Assembly (NCBI GenBank): GCA_951406725.2
Contig: OX597822.1
Coordinates: forward strand, 76,322,001-76,386,000
Direction: 5' to 3'
Length of the DNA stretch: 64,000 nucleotides
From: Octopus vulgaris
Lineage: Eukaryota
The notes below the pieces were generated by a model, which did no database searches, had not been told where the DNA came from, and worked only from the letters and a program-made list of their open reading frames with translations. Made by a program: the position numbers and the translations under genes. Shown here one piece after another: positions 13,600 through 27,748 of this stretch (its first letter is position 1; every line of letters begins with the position of its first letter).

Positions 13600-13868
13600 A
13601 ACTCTCAGCTTATTTTGATGGGTATGCTGGAAAATGTCATCTGCCCACAGCCAGCAGACTGAGGTGACACTTGTTTACTCATCATGTTGATAACTCTTGC
13701 ACTTCCAAGCAATGATGATTTTTGTAGACGTTCTCTCCTTACATTTGTACCAATCTTTTTGAGCCATATTGGTAGTTGAGTGCTGATACTTCCAAGCGCG
13801 CCAATCACTATTGATATTATGTCCACTCTCTTCATTGCACACAAACTGCGTACTTCCCACTTCAACAA
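13600..13868 (-). mobile_element. 3' fragment of an RLE-type non-LTR retrotransposon (R4/Dong/NeSL-like)
   Basis: Translation ...IISIVIGALGSISTQLPIWLKKIG...LQKSSLLGSARVI resembles the C-terminus after the restriction-like endonuclease. Confidence 0.7.
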
Positions 13869-14068
13869 CACATTCGTTACCGCGCCGGGAAAAATTCTTA
13901 CCGGCATTTCTTCTGTCGATACGTTCTGAGTTCAAATTCCGCCGAGATCGTCTTTGTTTTTTATCCCTTCGAGGTCGATGAAATAAATACCAGTTGAACA
14001 CTGGGGTCGATTAAGTCTACTGTTCTCTTCCCCCAAAATTTCGAGTCCTGTGCCTATAGCGAAAAGGT

Positions 14069-14123
<55 letters not shown>

Positions 14124-15126
14124 CATCATCATCATCATCATCATCATTATTATTATTATTTAGATTAGTAATTCAAATTATTTTGTTTTGTTGTAATGGA
14201 GAATGCTGATGGCATTTTCAGTCTTCCAAAATTACACATTTTGATGGAGTTTGAAGCTTAATTGGAACAACGAACATACCTGAGTAGAGTAAAACTTTAT
14301 TGATGTCTGTAAAACCTCCCAGAAGGATTAGATTAACGATGGATGTGTTTGATTTCAGTTTGACATCTGTATGAACGCCTGCAGAAGTAACTATAATAAG
14401 AAAAATGTAGGTAGAGAGATCTATTATAAGTAGTTTCCGTATTTGAGCCGAACGTGTTCAGCATGATCTGAAAGGGTGTGAGCCTGTAAGGATAAGGAAT
14501 GGGCGTGTATCTATCGGGTAGGTTTCAATGAAAGAGTAATAACTCAGAAATCGCGATACACAGATATTGTTTTGAGCTGAGTTGGGGTGCTAGATTCCCT
14601 TGTTCGAAAATATGACACAGATCGTGTCGTATTGCCCGCTGGAGACGATGTCTCCTGAGGCTAAATTGCAGCAATATTCGTTCTAAACCAGGACTGCCAT
14701 TTTATGTTGGCAAATAATCTTTAGTCCAGAAAAATCATTTATTTGCAGAGCTATCAAGGGGAGATGGTAGAGACTTTAAAGTATGTGTGTAAGTGTGTGT
14801 GTGTGTGTGTAAATATACACACATGAACATATAAACACATATATGTGCATTGTATATATATATGTATATTTGAATACATAAGCAATAGCCATATATAGAC
14901 ATACGTGCACCCGCGCGCGCATACACACATCGTACTTGTTTTGTGTAAAGCTGTAAAAGTGTTTTTGGGGATATTATGGGGGTAGTTTATAGCGTAGGTG
15001 GAGGGAAACAAGTTGTTTATATGTGTGTGTGTATGTGTGTGTGTGTGTGAGTGTGTGTGTACGTATATATATTTATATATATATACATATACATATATAA
15101 ATAATACATATATAAATATGTGTGCA

Positions 15127-15159
<33 letters not shown>

Positions 15160-15551
15160 TATATATGTAGAGAGAGAGAGAAATAAATAAATAAAGAAAG
15201 AAAGAAAGAAAGAAAAAAAGAAAGAAAGAAAGAAAGAAAGAAAGAAAAAAAAAGAAAGAAAGAAAGAGGATATCTTGGTTTGAAGTTAAAATATGTCGTC
15301 GTTCATTTTTGTATTGTTGAATAAGTTCAATATCCCATTTATTCAACCATTCACTGATTCACTGTGAAGTCTCCAGGGAGAATAATTGCGTGAGATTGTT
15401 TAGAATTTGGCATTGTTGTTCATTTTTGTAGTAGCTTGCAATCCAAGATATTTTTTTAAATTCAAAAACAAATAATTGACTCAAGAATCGCTATTAGCAA
15501 TAAAGCATTTTCATTGAAAGGCAAGTACCCATTCCAAAATCTTCGGTGGCC

Positions 15552-15804
15552 CAGTGGCGTAGCTATTTGGAGTAGCAATGGTGACGATACGCCCCGGGTA
15601 ACGCTTTTACGTGGATGGTAAGGGTGACGATACGCCCCGGGTAATGCTTTTACATGGATGGCAAGGGTGACGATCCGCTCCGGGTGATGTTTTTACGGAG
15701 GAAGCATGTTTGAGCCTGTTGTCTAAGCCTAAATAAGCTTGTGGACTCGTGGGTGGTAAAATCAAGTGTTACTCTAGGCAACACAGTCTTTAGTTACGCT
15801 ACTG
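15552..15804. mobile_element. MITE with CAGTGGCGTAGCTA-type termini and internal ~43-bp tandem repeats
   Basis: Left CAGTGGCGTAGCTA, right TAGTTACGCTACTG; three copies of GGTGACGATACGCCCCGGGTAA(C/T)GCTTTTAC inside. No clear TSD. Confidence 0.6.
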
Positions 15805-17570
15805 TGCTAACCACAAAGCAGAATCATCCTGGGTATTCATCGAAAGTGAAAGTAGAAACATAATATTCGACAACTGTCTTTCTGAGTCTTTTCTCTATCT
15901 TCCCCCACCCCCACCACATTTCCGCAAATAGTTCGCTGCCACTTTATACAAGCCGGCAGTAAAAATTGTTAATAAGGGGTAACTTTTACGAACAAAAGAA
16001 GTCACAAGATAAACGCAGACAAGGCTTGTAGTTAAAACATTAGCGTAGCTAGAGTGTGTGCCGCCCGCGGGGGGGGGGCAGCCCCTAATGCTCCCCCCAC
16101 CCCAGCTATGCTGGTGGTAAAGCTCACTTTGCAACTACGCTGTTTTGGGTTCAGTCCCGAAGTGTGACACCTCGTGCAAGTTTTTTCTACTATAGTACCA
16201 GGCTGCGAATTTTTTTTCTCACAAGAGTTCCGGACCCCAGTTATGAAGTCATTTGCATACAGCCAATCAGTGCTCAACTATCAAACTAACTTATGGGCGA
16301 TAAGATAAGGTCACTTGGGTAAGGAATGACCATGCTTCTTTTCTCTTTTAAGAATGCTTCTTGTTCTTGTTTCAACCATGGCTGCCTCTGCGTAGTTATT
16401 TGTGTTGTTGTTTACTTTATAAAACAGTAAGGAGAGAGGGTCGCAAGCACATCACCCTCTACCCATATTTTTCCCATCCACATCTTTACCACATGGGGCC
16501 CTAACAGAATCCGATAATAGGTATAGAAGCAAATCTATCTAATTACTTGTCTCCTTCTAAAATCAGACATAGCTTGGTGATCGATCGATTTACAACACCG
16601 TTCTTTGTCTTGAGTTTACTTGGTAGAGTGTGTTTGTTAACTTGTGAAGGTCAAAGAGAGCTCTGATTGGATTTATAACTGGGGTCCGAAACTCTCGTGG
16701 GAAAAAAAATTTGCTGCCGGGTCAACTAATGCCTTATGAGTGAATTTGATAATCAGACGAAACCCTTGTATAAGCTGTCGTATGTCTGTGTGTGTGCGCG
16801 CGCGCGTATTTATTATGCCAGCTATCGACAACCGGTGTTGGTTTGTTTACATCCCCATAACTTAGCGGTTCAGTAAACGACTCCAATGGAATTAATATCT
16901 GACTTAAAACAAAATGAGTACCAAGAGAGGCGGTGTGATCTGTTTGACTAAAACCCTTCAAGGAGATGCTCCAGCATGGACACAGTCCAGTAACTACAAC
17001 AAACGGCAAATAGATCAAAGGACCCATATGGCTGTTTCTTCCTTCATTAGCTTCTACGCTAAGCGAGAAAAGTTAGTTTTACGGTGAGCTTACATCCAAT
17101 TTGTTAAAGAAGTATTTTATGCTAGGATATTCGATGTGTGTGCTCCCTGCATAACCGCGAAACGAAAGTAATAACATAATAATTTAATAAATATATTAGT
17201 TTTCCACAGTAATCACTGAAGAAGCCACACACACACACACACACACAAGCGCGTGAGTGTAACGTTAGTAGATTCTAACTGGTTACATTCATACAGTAAA
17301 TTGAAATAGCAAGCGACCAACTAAGCACAGAGTAGAGAACCTATATCCCGTGTAGAAAGCACAACAGTGAGATTAAAGTCATGTTCCTACTTGTGTGCTC
17401 TACCTAAGAACAATATCTCTTCACACACTCACATATTTATTCCTATAAATGTATATATATACACATATATGTAAATATACTTATGTATACACACATATAT
17501 ATGTATGTATACATATATTTATATATACATATATGTACATGGATATACATATATGTATGTGTCTATCTAT

Positions 17571-17646
<76 letters not shown>

Positions 17647-17694
17647 GCATACCTGAATATGTATGCATGTATATGTATGCACGCATGCACGCAT

Positions 17695-17746
<52 letters not shown>

Positions 17747-18263
17747 GTGTGTGTGTGTTATGCATATATATATATATATATATGAATTTTACGAATCTCC
17801 TTTAATGCACTATATATATATGTATATCTATGTACGTATGTAGGTATGCACGCATGTATTTACTTATATATATATATGTACAAGCATGCATGTATATAGT
17901 CTACATATATTGGTATACGTGTGTGTATGTATGTATTTATGTATGTGTTTATACACGTTGTGTATGTAAGTAACGAATCCACAAAGGAAATTATACATTT
18001 AGCATACTAAAGAAAAAAAAAAAAATAAAGAAAGAACAACGTAAAGAAAAAAAGAAAGCTAAAAATAAAAATTGCATTTGTTCAAAACAGTTAACTTTAA
18101 AATAACAAGATGCTTCGTACAATGTAATTATATCTATTTTTTAAAAAAAAAAAGTGCTGGTGCATCTTTTAGTAGTTACAAAACTAGAGCCAAATTTTAT
18201 CTTATGTAATGCACTCAAAAATCTTTTCACGTGCAGTGAAAATTTACACATAGTAGACGCCGA

Positions 18264-19640
18264 CGTGGCTGTGTGGTAAGAAGTTAGATTCTCAACCACA
18301 CGTTTCCGGGTTCAGTCCCTCTCTGTGGCACCTTGAGCATGTGTCTTCTACTAAAACCTTTAAGTGGATTTCGTACATGGAAGCTGAAAGAAACCTGTCT
18401 TGTATATAAATTGACATAGTAGGTATAGGCGTGGCTGTGTGGTAAGAATCTCGACCACACGGTTCCGGGTTCAGTCCCTCTCTGTGGCACCTTGAGCATG
18501 TGTCTTCTACTAAAACCTTTAAGTGGATTTCGTACATGGAAGCTGAAAGAAACCTGTCTTGTATATAAATTGACATAGTAGGTATAGGCGTGGCTGTGTG
18601 GTAAGAAGTTAGATTCTCAACCACACGTTTCCGGGTTCAGTCCCTCTCTGTGGCACCTTGAGCATGTGTCTTCTACTAAAACCTTTAAGTGGATTTCGTA
18701 CATGGAAGCTGAAAGAAACCTGTCTTGTATATAAATTGACATAGTAGGTATAGGCGTGGCTGTGTGGTAAGAATTTCGACCACACGGTTCCGGGTTCAGT
18801 CCCTCTCTGTGGCACCTTGAGCATGTGTCTTCTACTAAAACCTTTAAGTGGATTTCGTACATGGAAGCTGAAAGAAACCTGTCTTGTATATAAATTGACA
18901 TAGTAGGTATAGGCGTGGCTTTGTGGTAAGAAGTTAGATTCTCAACCACACGGTTCCGGGTTCAGTCCTTATCTGTGGCACCTTGAGCATGTGTCTTCTA
19001 CTAAAACCTTTAAGTGGATTTCGTACATGGAAGCTGAAGAAAACCTGTCTTGTATATAAATTGACATAGTAGGTATAGGCGTGGCTGTGTGGTAAGAAGT
19101 TAGATTCTCACCCGCATAGTTCCGGGTTCAGTCCCTCTCTGTGGCACCTTGAGCATGTGTCTTCTACTAAAACCTTTAAGTGGATTTCGTACATGGAAGC
19201 TGAAAGAAACCTGTCTTGTATATAAATTGACATAGTAGGTATAGGCGTGGCTTTGTGGTAAGAAGTTAGATTCTCAACCACACGGTTCCGGGTTCAGTCC
19301 CTCTCAGTAGCACCTTGAGCATGTGTCTTCTACTAAAACCTTTAAGTGGATTTCGTACATGGAAGCTGAAGAAAACCTGTCTTGTATATAAATTGACATA
19401 GTAGGTATAGGCGTGGCTGTGTGGTAAGAAGTTAGATTCTCGACCACACGGTTCCGGGTTCAGTCCCTCTCTGTGGCACCTTGAGCATGTGTCTTCTACT
19501 AAAACCTTTAAGTGGATTTCGTACATGGAAGCTGAAAGAAACCTGTCTAGTATATAAATTGACATAGTAGGTATAGGCGTGGCTATGTGGTAAGAAGTTC
19601 GCTTCTCACCCACATAGTTCTGAGTTCTGTCCCTCTACGT
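18264..19640 (+). repeat. Tandem array of 8 full plus 1 partial 159/166-bp units derived from the family B SINE head
   Basis: Unit starts near 18264, 18430, 18589, 18755, 18914, 19080, 19246, 19412, 19578; each has TGGCTGTGTGGTAAG and GGGTTCAGTCC. Confidence 0.93.
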
Positions 19641-19700
19641 ACGAGGGACGTTCAATAAGTAATGCCCCTGACCCACTTGCAGTTGTTTGATCTAGCTGAA
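19640..19700 (+). mobile_element. Solo mariner-like terminal fragment
   Basis: TA+CGAGGGACGTTCAATAAGTAATGCCC resembles mariner TIR starts; truncates the last array unit; no partner end found. Confidence 0.4.
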
Positions 19701-20039
19701 GAATTGACTACAACATAGAAGGTATACCAGAAAACATGAGATATGATGAACTAACTAAAAAATACGGCATTGGTATACAGGTGGACTAATGGAATTGAAG
19801 GAAGTAAGTGACGCTACCTGAGGTGGGACAGGTAGCTCATTTCCATTTATCATTTTCATCTTCATGCATTATATCACACGGTTTTATATGTTTTTGTATG
19901 TTTGGTATCTGTTTTTTTTTTATATATATAAATCTTTAGTTAAATATATATTCAATGAGAATATTATATACCGAATTTATACTGAGTGCTCCATTCACTC
20001 AAATTATTAATACTATTAAAGTATTTATATATTTTATAT

Positions 20040-20525
20040 GGTGGAGGCGCAATCGCCCAGTGGTTAGGGCAGCGGACTCGCGGTCATAGGATCGCGGTTT
20101 CGATTCCCAGACAGGGCGTTGTGAGTGTTTATTGAGCGAAAACATCTAAAGCTCCACGAAGGCTCCGGCAGGGGGTGGTGGTAAACCCTGCTGTAATCTT
20201 TCACCACAACTTTCTCTCACTCTTTCTTTCTGTTTCTGTTGTACCTGTATTTCAAAGGGGTTAGCCTTGTCATACTCTGTGTCACGTTGAAACTCCCCGG
20301 TACACGTGTCTGTGGAGTGCTCAGCCACTTGCACGTTAATAAATGAGCTGCGACGTCATTGGTGCCAAGCTGTATCGGCCTTTGCTTTTCCCTTGGATAA
20401 CATAGAGAGGGGAGACCGGTATGCGTGGGCGACTGCTGGTCTTCCATAAACAACCTTGCCCAGACTTGTGCCTCGGAGGGTAACTTTCTAGGTGCAATTC
20501 CATGGTCAATCATGACCGAAGGAGG
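20040..20525 (+). mobile_element. tRNA-derived SINE, family C, near full length
   Basis: tRNA-like head GCCCAGTGGTTAGGGCAGCGGACTCGCGGTCATAGGATCGCGGTTTCGATTCC; paralogous pieces at 935-1143, 22175-22330 and ~34795-34855. Confidence 0.8.
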
Positions 20526-22398
20526 TCACAATATTTTATACGAGCGATTATATATACCAGGAAATCAATATTAGAAAATTTTTCAGAAAGATATATACGT
20601 GTGTAAAATAATTATTGTATTAAAAATATAAATATATATAAAAATATATGTAAACAATTATTTTAAACACGTATATACTCGTATCTTTCTGAAAAATTTT
20701 CTAATATTGTTTTTTATCTATGTTTTATGTCCCCACCTGTCCGTGTAATGTCCCCTCTTTGTTGGCCTCTTGTGGGTAATAAAAAACCCATACTTCTGCT
20801 ACAGATAGTTTCACTAAAAAGCGTTTACGAATCTCCTCATTAAATCATTTTAATTAGTGTGACAATGGATGTAAAGAGCGATTGTCACCCTACGAACTTT
20901 TGTTCATTTGGCTCAACATAGTTGATTTCGAAAGGGAATAACAAGGTTTGACCCTGTGATTTTTATTTTTAAAGAATTTTCTTTGTGTGTTTAGGAATCC
21001 TTAGGCCGATTGCCCAGGGTCGACGGCGAATAAGTTACCGAGCTCTCAACGTTAAGCCTGAACAAGACACCAGTTCATTGCAGGGTTCAAAGTCAGCAGT
21101 TTTTGACATGGGGAAGCAATTTAGTTACACCGCTTACAATATTTGATTGCTATTTTAGTTTATTGACCCACACACACACACACCTCTAAGAGATAAAAGG
21201 CAAAGTTGCCCTCGACGGGATTTCAACTCGCTCTCTATTTTGTTCTTTGACAACCCTTGAAGAATGTAATAACGAAATTGATCTCAGTAGGTTTTGAACT
21301 TAAAACACAATCTGAGAACTGGAACAAACACTGCGCTGGTATTGTATCCACCGTCAAATTAGCAACCTTTTCTTGTTTTTTTTATTTGTCTGTACTCCAA
21401 GAACAATCAATATTTGAGGTTAACGTTAGTCTTCTCACATACAACGACTTAACTATCGAGACATACAATGTTTTACAAAATAACCTTCGTGGACCAACGT
21501 AAGACTAGTTTCTAATAATAAAATATTTTGTTTGCTTTGAATTCAACATATCTTTCAGAAGAAACGCCTATTTACTTAAGCAGAAACATTTTCTTTCGTT
21601 TGTTTACTTATTTGTAATAGAATTGAAATGGATTTATGGTTAAGCTATTATGCTTCTAGTTTGATGGGTCGTGAGTTCATAAACTATGGCAGACATGATA
21701 CAAAACTTCTAACTTTTCCTTGATGTTGGAGAATTGATTTTAAGTTATTCTGATACAGAACATTAACTGTGATAGATTAGTGACTGTTGTAGTAGTAGTA
21801 GTAGTAGTCGTAGTAGTGGCAGTTAAAAAAGAGAAATAATTTCCAGAACGGGTAGAGCAGACATGGCTCTACCGTCGACATGAATGGGATTACAAAAACG
21901 AACTGAAAATAAATTCTTGCTCTTTTTTAGCCCAGAGTCAGCCATAAAACTACATCACTAGTATGTTTTCCTTTTCGTTTATTTTTTGCCGATGCCACGT
22001 ATAATGCACCCATGCTGGCACTACACAATAACGCTGGTGCCACGTAAGAAGCAATCGTGCCAGTGCCAAGTATAAAGCACCCATGTGGGTACTAAGTAAT
22101 AGCACTATTGCTGGCGCCATGTAAAATGCACCCCATACACATTGTAAAATGGTTGACATTAGGAAGGGGCATCGTGGAGGCACAATGGCCCAGTGGTTTC
22201 GATTTCCTGACTGGGTGTTGTGTGTGTTTATTGAGCAAAAACACCTAAAGCTGCACGAGGCTCCAGCAGGGGGTGATGGCGAACCCTGCTGCACTCTTTC
22301 GCCCCAACTTTCTCTCTTTCTTTCTGTTTTTTGAGTAAGGCTGCGATAGACTGGCGTCCTGTCCAGTTGGGGTGAACACATGCGCCACGGAAACCGAC

Positions 22399-22463
<65 letters not shown>

Positions 22464-22466
<3 letters not shown>

Positions 22467-23421
22467 GATGCATAAGATATTTGAGTACATATTTATTTTT
22501 ATTATAAAAATAAAACAGATATGTAATAACAGATAACTTTATTTATCAAAAAATGCTGTGGGGATAAAAATAAACCTATTCCTCTGTTGCTAGAGCCAAG
22601 TGTGATAGAGCAGAGTCTTACTGAAACACATATGGCCTTCCATTGCATCCAGGGTTTAACAATTATTTCCAGGACCTCAATGTAGGCAGCAGAGTTAACT
22701 CTAAGGCCTTGTGGAAAGAAGTAAAGAGGCCTCACGTGTCCTTCATTGCTGACAACCCCAAACACCCTGACAGTTGCAGGAAATTTTGTATGCATAACAC
22801 TTGGAACTTTAGAAGGGTCTGCACACAACCATCTGTTATTACTTCTGTTAACTTTTTGATCTTTGTCGTTTGAGAAAAACTAAATCAAATCTTCTGCTGG
22901 ATATTTTCATTTTATCTTAGAGCCTTTTAGATCTGATGTAGTGATTTTATTTAGCTTTTCCCAACAAATTGACCTTTCCTCATCATATAAAACATATCTG
23001 ATTTCTTCGTGGACAGCTTTTCTGACTATTCCTTCTGACACATGAAAATCTTTTGCAATTGACCTCATTGACTTTTAGGGATTGTAATCAATGGTCTGTT
23101 GAACTTGCTGGATAAATTCATTCGTTTTGATGATTTCAGAGCTTTCAGAATGCTTTTTATGTTTTGATACTGATGATACATTTTCATCTTCAGTCTCTAG
23201 CTCCTTACAAACTTTGTAGACAAAAAATCTGGCAACTTTTAAAAATTGAGATATTTCTAAATTGCTATGCTCAGCCTTTATAACTACAATCACAGCATGC
23301 CTCTTCATTTCTTGAGCAAGCTGAGGGTCTGCCATTATTTTCTGAAACAGAAATTATACAGAGTTAGCAAAAAATGCAGCAATGACCCCCAAAAATGTCT
23401 TCAAATACTTTATGCACCCTG
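22464..23421 (-). mobile_element. Decayed Tc1/mariner transposon (maT/DD37D-like), transposase pseudogene
   Basis: Imperfect TIRs CAGGATGCATAAGATATTTGA / TCAAATACTTTATGCACCCTG flanked by TA; fragments MADPQLAQEMKRHAVIV...(HTH-like) and HTKFPATVRVFGVVSNEGHVRPLYFFPQGLRVNSAAYIEVLE. Confidence 0.85.
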
Positions 23422-23434
23422 TATATATGGTCTT

Positions 23435-23869
23435 TCATTCTTTTATTTATTTGTTTCAGTCATTTAACTGTAGCCATGCTGGAGCACTGAATTTTAGTCA
23501 AACAAATCGTCCCCCAGACTTATTCTTTGTAAGCCTAGTACTTATTCTATCGGTCTCTTAAGCCAAACTGCTAAGTTACGGGGACATAAACACACCAGCA
23601 TTGGTTGTCATGCGATTGTGGAGGGAGAAACATACACACACACACACACAGACACAAATATATATATATACACATACACACACATATATATATATATGTA
23701 TATACGATGGGCTTCTTTCAGATTTCATCTACCAAATCCACTCACAAGGCTTTGGTTGGCCCAAGGCTATAGTAGAAGAGACATGCCCAAGGGGCCATGC
23801 TGTGGTACTGAACCCAGAACCATATGGTTTTGGAAGCAAGCTACTTACAACACAACCACTCCTGTGCTT

Positions 23870-23870
<1 letters not shown>
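23435..23870 (-). mobile_element. SINE family B
   Basis: Same architecture as 10505-10976. Confidence 0.8.
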
Positions 23871-23912
<42 letters not shown>

Positions 23913-23975
23913 TCATCATCATCATTTAATGTCTGTTTTGCATGCTAACGTCGGTTGAACTATATATATATGCAG

Positions 23976-24049
<74 letters not shown>

Positions 24050-25237
24050 GTATGTATATATATATATATATATGAGATAATGGTGTCATTGAAACCCAAA
24101 GTTGTCAGGTAATGTTGAATAAGTCTTATAGACAGACCATAGTTATGTTCTAGATTCGGTAATATTGTGAATAAAGGGTTCGTATATATGTATATATATG
24201 TATATATGTATATATATCATAATTCTTACGAAACAGTGGCCTCTGTTTAGGATTCAATCTCAGTACTTATATCTCTCAAAAAAAAGGCATGCATACAATA
24301 TAATTTCATGCTTCCTCTCCTAATCCATTCAAGGATTTATTCTTATGCAAGAAATCTTGATTATCCTAGTCTATTTTCTTCCCCATAAAACTCCAAACTC
24401 ATTTTTTCTCCTCCATAAGATTTTTTTTATATCTCTCTTGGGTGTCTTACTCATTTGAAAGCAATAGTATTATCTGTGGGCTTATGTTTCCATAATAAGC
24501 CTAGAAGATAACTCCAACCAAGGCAGAAGGTTATCTATTAATTTATTGTTGAGGTAAAGATTTCCCTTAAATCCTTTTCAAACAAAAATATCTTCTCCAC
24601 ATTGGTGTTCAGTACAAATGTCTTGAACTGATCTTCAAGCACAGTAGAGGATTATAAGGTATATATTTGATATTCAGTTGATCTCATAAAGATTATTTGA
24701 GCTACTTCATCCCTGTCCCTAGATATAAGATTATGCAGCTAGGAAATGAAGCTTATTATATTAACCTACCTTGGTTCACAGTCTGTATGTGGTTATTTCA
24801 TGAAACTGTCATGGTGATAAGAACATTCACTTGTTGAATTAAACAACATATACGCTCACATAAACATAACAATTTTATGAAATTTCTAAATAATAATGAT
24901 TTATTAGAAAGTCAATTAATGTAATCAACCAATTAATTATTTGATAATTAAGCGAAGATTGTTTGTAAAATACATCAGTATGTTTGTACTTTGTGAGGAT
25001 GGAGATAGAGATGTTACAATAGAAATATGAGAAACTAAAACACAAAAATACAAAATAAAATTAATAATATTTGGCTCTGCTTAATATTTTCTGTCTTGTC
25101 TCCTGTCTGACTGCATTCAGTTTTAATATATAAATAGGTGCAGGCTTGGCTTCATGGTTAATAAGTTTGCTTTCCAGAAACATGGCTTCAGTTCGGTCCC
25201 ACTGTGTGACACCTTGGGTTTCTACCAAAATTAGAAA

Positions 25238-26060
25238 CAATTATTATTTTTTAAGACATCACACAGTATCCAATATCATGATGTTGTTGATTGAAGATAT
25301 TATGTCTACAAAGGTGTGGGTTTGTACTGCCTGTCAAGTCATAACAAGGACCTCAGACAAGCAGTACTTTTCGTAATATGCATGCAGTTTCAAGTAATGC
25401 CAGTTCTTTCAGTTCCAAGAAATGCTGATTTATTTTAGGTACTGTATCTTTACATTTGTACCAGTTTTTTTCAGCCATGCTGGTAGTTGAGTGCTAATAC
25501 CTCCAAGTGCACCAATTACTATTTGTATCATGAGTACTCTCCTCATTGACCACAACCTTTGTATTTCCCACTTCAGATAATCATAGTTGTTCAATTATTA
25601 TTATTATAGACGTCGCACAGTATACAATATCGTGAGGTTGTTGATTGAAGATATTATGTCTTCCGGGGTTTGAACTGCCTGTCAAGTCACGAGGACCTCA
25701 GACAGACAGTATTTTATGTGTGCAGTTCCAAGTAATGCCAATTTTTGGAATACACCTAGATTGTAGGGTATTTCTAAAGTTTCCAGATGTTTCTTCAAGT
25801 TAGGTGGGATTGAACCCAGTGCGCTGATAACACCAGGGACAACCTCTATGTTTGATTCTCATAGCTGCCATGTTTTCATAATCTCAATTCTCAGGTTTTC
25901 ATATTTATCAATCTTTTCTGTTTCTTTCATAATGCTATGTTGATCTCCTGGTACTGCCACATCGATTATTAGGCACCCATGTTTGTCCCTCCTAAAGGTT
26001 ACTAGATCTAGTCTTTGGTGCTCTAACACCTTGTCCGTCATTCTCATTTCAAAAATCATA
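25238..26060 (-). mobile_element. Two adjacent 5'-truncated RLE-type LINE 3' ends (R4/Dong-like)
   Basis: TDKVLEHQRLDLV...CLIIDVAVPGD...KETEKIDKYENLRIEI matches the restriction-like endonuclease motif; both copies share a 3' UTR (GACATAATATCTTCAATCAACAAC) ending in TAA-like tails. Confidence 0.8.
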
Positions 26061-26819
26061 TTCTCAAAAATGATATTCTCATTTCAAAAATCATCTCCGG
26101 CTAATCGTGGAGAGGGCATTGGTGTTGCCTTGACAGAAGTTTGCACTCTCTGAGTACTCTTGTTTATAATTAAGTTTATTCTAACCATATTTGGCCTAGT
26201 GATTAAGGTGTTGCACTCATGATCACTAGATTGCAGGTTCAATTCTCAGACTGGGTGGCATGTTGTGTTTCAAACAAAACACTTCAATTCCTGTTACTTC
26301 AGTTCCCTCAGCTGTAAACTGATAAACTTGCAATAGAACAGCCTTCCAATCAGGTGTATTGTCAGCCTGCTTACCTAGCCAGCAAGGTGACATTATTTGA
26401 CAGCTAAAGCAATGCAAAGTGCAGTGTGATCAGCATTGTATAATGACATCTGATTGTCTGTTCAATCACATGATATTCTGTATTCTTATCAGTTTGTTTT
26501 TCTATAAAACCTGATGTCACCTTGACACCATGATAACAGCCAGGTGGATTGTTTCTATGTTTTATCAAAATTGTTATCAACAGAGAAGGATAGCTTTACA
26601 AATCAACATTCTTCAGTCACTTACTGCTTACCTTCCGTCCTCTTTCTATAACAACAGAACGGAATTCGAGTGTCCTGTCTCTCTCATGGCCTCTGATAAT
26701 TTACACAATTTTTCTCTGTATATTTACTCCACAATCCATATCTTAACTTCCCACTTTATCTAGCTACTTATGTCTGTATGTGTGTATGTACCTATATTTA
26801 TGTAATCATATTTTGTGTG

Positions 26820-26851
<32 letters not shown>

Positions 26852-27065
26852 CGTGTATGGATGTCTATATATATATATATATTTATAGGTATATACATAT
26901 ATTTATAGGTATATACATATATATATATGTATATATATATGTATATACATATGTATATGTATATACATGTATATGCATATATATATGTGTATGCATATAT
27001 GTATATGTATATACATATACATATATGTATATGTGTATACATATATATGTATGTGTATACACGAC

Positions 27066-27111
<46 letters not shown>

Positions 27112-27301
27112 TATATGTATATACATTTATATACATACATACGTACGTATGGGCATACACACGTACATACGCACGTACATGTACGCACACACATACATGG
27201 GCACATGCATACGTGCGCGTATACATACTATTTCTTTATACGTGCGCGTATACATACATACGCACATGCGTACGTATGTACATGCACACTACATACATAC
27301 A

Positions 27302-27335
<34 letters not shown>

Positions 27336-27748
27336 CATACATACGCACATACATACTTACATACGCACAATAGTAAAACAAAAGTTCTGTGATATAGAGA
27401 TAAATATCTGATAATAGGTTTTAGGGTATAGTTTTGGGAGTAAGGGTCGTAAATCACTTCCAGGCTTCGGCCGTGGGGCGGGGGAGTTGAAATTTGATAT
27501 TATTGTGATGAGTGGTCACTCTACATCTATCCATCGCTACAGGTTTATAGCTTTATGTTTATAGTGTGTATGTGCGTGCATATACACACACATACATATA
27601 TACATACATACATACATACATGCATACACAGGAGTATGTACGTACATGCATACGTACATACATACACACATGTATGCATACATACACACATACATACGTA
27701 CATGTATATGACGAACTAACTGTTATTTTCTCAGATGCAGCACGGATT

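Noticed and set aside
14200-14700. Possible ancient LINE endonuclease remnant on the minus strand (IAAI.PQET, LILLGGF)
   Set aside because: Too degenerate to support without a profile search.
18264-19640. CRISPR-like reading of this array (also 33668-34100 and 38973-45083)
   Set aside because: Whole units are repeated with no unique spacers, no cas genes, eukaryotic context.
20040-20115. tRNA gene
   Set aside because: The tRNA-like head continues into a multi-copy SINE body; no proper acceptor stem or terminator. Same for 30885-30955.
26630-26690. Minus-strand peptide RDRTLEFRSV resembling a syntaxin N-peptide before a GTAAGC donor
   Set aside because: The adjacent ATG is out of frame by 2 nt and the peptide frame has an upstream stop; no further exons found.
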